Assembly: GCA_046563655.1 (NCBI GenBank)
Contig: CM102290.1
Coordinates: 13,516,001 to 13,580,000, forward strand
Direction of reading: 5' to 3'
Source: Yuukianura sp. NJ FZ-2021
Lineage: Eukaryota
Length of the DNA: 64,000 nucleotides
This document shows, piece by piece, positions 60,706 through 64,000 of this stretch. Positions within the stretch are counted from its first letter, which is position 1. Each line of letters begins with the position of its first letter. The translations under genes were made by a program, and so were the position numbers. Under the pieces are notes generated by a model, which searched no databases, was not told where the DNA came from, and saw nothing but the letters and a program-made list of their open reading frames with translations.

Positions 60706-63700
60706 TTTCTTCAACTCTGTAAATCAAAAAGTATACATTCCAATTAGTTTTCAGAGGCAAAAGCTATGACTTTTTAAATTATTTCAAACACTTAGTTCTG
60801 ACTTGTCATGAAACTGTGACTTCTTTTAATTTCCTCTGAAATTAACAACACGGGCATTTCCTGAAACAGGATTTTTTCTTGGGAAAAAAATGAAGTTACA
60901 CCGCCACTTCAATCAGCAGCAGTAATTCAAAATTGAGCACACACTTGAAAGGTAAATGGGGTGTTTATTGATGAAAAAAAAACAAGAAGGTCACCAAGTG
61001 CCAGCCTCATTTAGTAGTCACTACAAAACACTAAAGTACTAAACATAAGCGGAAATGAGAGTACAATTGGATTAGCAGTTGGAAAAAAGTGGCTGCCATT
61101 ATACTACATGGAAGTTGCAAAGGGCGTAAGAACAGGAACTTGGCTTTTGATGAAGTGTAGTTAATAGTCCTAATTCTCACAGTAATTTCAGTTACACTGG
61201 GATTATTACCGTAAACTTCCAAATAGTACTCTTGTTCCAAATAATGCCCCCAATTCAAACCCCCTCCCCAAGGAGACCTAGCCCCCAAGGTTCCCGGACA
61301 ACAGAATTGTATTTCCTACAACAGGTTGTCCAATAACTGAGGGTTTTCAAAAATCTTCTTGAAACAACTTTTAGCACCAATCCCATTTAGATTCCATGCA
61401 AAAAATTACCATAAAAAGGCAGATTTGTTGTTTTCAAACAAATTTTAAAACTTTGAGTTATCGGACAACCTGGTGTAGAAAAAGTTTTCTTTTTGTTTAC
61501 GACTCCTTGAAAGCCCCTGTGCAATACTAATAAAAAGCGACCGTAAAAGTACCCGCCGGCCTTAATTAGTACCCCTCCCCTGAAGGTCGACGGAAGAATT
61601 AGTACCCCGGGGGTACTATTTTGGAAATGTACGGTATTAGTCACTCTACGTAAGAAACCCAGATGGAAATGGAACATTTGTGTCAATACGGGGAATTGAA
61701 GGAATTTCTGTTATGTTGCCTTCAAATTGTGAGTAATATTCCATGACTCTTCGGGCTCATCTGCATTACTAAATCCATAAAAATTAAAATATCATCACGT
61801 TTGATTTATGCTGAATCCTGACTAAAACGAAAACACATCAGCACGCACTGCCTTTAGCCTGTAGAATTTGATATCGACTATACAAACCTAATCAATCAGG
61901 GTCAAACAATCGATCTGACTTACGCGCGTTTCGAATCGGCACCATTTTTACCTGATAGGCTCGCAGGGCACAGATTGGAATAAATCCATTATGTTATAAC
62001 ATAAACTTTCATTCTATTAGTGTTGTAAAATCAAGTTTAATAGGTTAAGGTTAATGATGCTTAGCGATTGACTTTCTAAAATTAAATACCACGAGGCTTA
62101 ACAATATTTAATACGCCGCAAATTAAATCTACATGTGGGCGGCACAAGTGAAACAAAAAGCAAAAGAATCTCGTCTTTGATTTGTCTAGATTTTCGCTGG
62201 ATTTTTTTTTTGCGTTTGATCTACAACAAAAATCGTTACATGCTTGAAGCAACTTGATTCTAAAATTCATTCAACTCATGCTGAAATACACTTAAGATTT
62301 TGCAGTTGCTGTTGAGGGTGCCATACAGTTACCGTAACCACATTCTAATGCACACTTTGAGGGGGGGAGTATGTAATAATTTGTTTTAACATGATTTCCG
62401 TAGTCACATCACGCAGTCAAGAACCTGTCCGCCACTATCATCAACTGTGTTAATTCATTTCGAATGACTCAGGTATAGAAATAAACAGAACCAAGGAATT
62501 TAAATTTTAAATTAAAAAAAAAATCTTACCAAAACCGCATCCATTCGATTTCGTCAACAATCAGGATGACACATTGATTCGCAAACAGTTTCCGCACTTC
62601 ACAAATCGTAGCCCAACACACAATCACAAATAATACTCGGAGTTAAACTGACGTCGAGAAAACGAAGTCCCCAGCGGAATGGAGATGGATCCACTGAAAC
62701 CGATTCCAACGTTGACAAGTATCACGAACGATCGTTAGCAGACGGATTTTCCTGAAGCGATATCCGAATCAGCGCCAAGGAAGACGTTACACGGCAACAG
62801 CTGAACTGAAATTGAACGAATATTATTACTAGGTTAATGAGAACGGATGATGGTAATTGAGTAAAGGAGGACTCCATACAGTAGTAATAGTTTTGTTTTT
62901 CCGTGGATACTTGTTGGGGATGAGGGGATGACAGACGACGGAACTACACTATTCTACATGTAACTTTTAGAATGACTGAGGAGATGATGGAGGCAGTAGA
63001 CGTTATGGTAAGTGCAATGTAAGACGATTTACCTGCATCTGGTTAGTACCTGTTGTAGTAGGATGAATTAATGGAGCTCCTTGGATGGAGGAGTGAAGGG
63101 AATTAAGTGGAGGCAGTAGTACTGAGGACGTTGTTGTTACGGTGATGGTGGTTACTGTAAGTTATGGTGGTGGTTACTGCTAAGTTATGGTGGTGGTGGT
63201 TACTTGTAACCTTGGATGTTGATGGTATTACACCTGATTATGTCATCATAACTCCTCAAATTCTCATCTTTAGGAAAAAGACAACACGAGAACCAAATTC
63301 CAAACATTCACCCTCCCACCCCTCTATTCTTCCCTCTGCACATTCCGTCAACTACGATTGGATCAACACCCATTTCAGACACAACTTTTGGTTAAAATTA
63401 TGTAGAGGAAAACACTGTGAAGCACATCTTCTAACGCTGTATTTCTAACAATATAAATAATATTCTATCAACAACGATTGGATCAACACCAGTTTCAGCC
63501 ACTGCTTTTGTTATGTTAACGTTACGTTGTTACAGGAAAATACCGTAAAGCACCTCACTTTTCAAGAAGTAATTAATTTAGGAACAACTCACTCTTTAGC
63601 TGATAGTCACTGCTATTTCATGTTTTACATAGTAAAACTAAATTATTCGAGCAAAATCTACTCTGGTTTGTAAGATATTGAGAATTGAGTGAAAGTGAAG

Positions 63701-64000
63701 AGGGTTTGGGGCCAAAATTGTGTCATTACGGTATACTCCCGGTATCGGAGCAACTTACGTAACTTGGTAGTTTCAATCAAGGCAAGGATACTTTAAGTGG
63801 TTGAATAAAACCATTTACAAAATCTTAATTAAAGACGCTCATTTGCAAGGCCTCAAAGAATGCTTGCATATAGAACCCCTGTGGTTATTCCGTTCTTCAA
63901 TGTCCATATGGGTTTACTGTGTGTGAACTAACGGTATTTGGACCACGCCTCCCCGCCAAAACATGACTTTGTATTCTTGTATTTTCCTTCTTTTTTGTAT

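Noticed and set aside
62530..62600. Upstream coding exon of the RhoGEF
   Set aside because: In the phase needed for the 60716 acceptor there is an in-frame TGA and no ATG after it, so it is more likely 5' UTR.

Overview
Eukaryotic, intron-rich, AT-rich genomic DNA, most likely from an arthropod (inferred from an arthropod-type vitellogenin, TATA plus TCAGT initiator, and short GT-AG introns). From left to right: (1) the 5' half of a minus-strand cAMP-dependent protein kinase catalytic subunit gene (Pka-C1) that runs off the left edge, with at least four phase-compatible alternative N-terminal exon sets spread over about 27 kb of MITE-rich intron; (2) a plus-strand vitellogenin of about 24 exons whose post-vWD C-terminus is an unusual cationic amphipathic helical domain; (3) SNU13/15.5K on the minus strand; (4) an accessory-looking interval with a Transib-like element, a single-coding-exon 419-aa ORF that looks like a VHS domain fused to an ADP-ribosyltransferase-like domain, and a mini Polinton/Maverick element; (5) kynurenine 3-monooxygenase on the minus strand; (6) an ARHGEF18/ARHGEF2/AKAP13-type DH-PH RhoGEF on the minus strand. 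Many non-autonomous DNA transposons (hAT-type with 8-bp TSD, Tc1/pogo-type with TA TSD) are present and often nested. All calls come from reading the sequence by eye. No database search was run, so domain assignments beyond the conserved genes are hypotheses.
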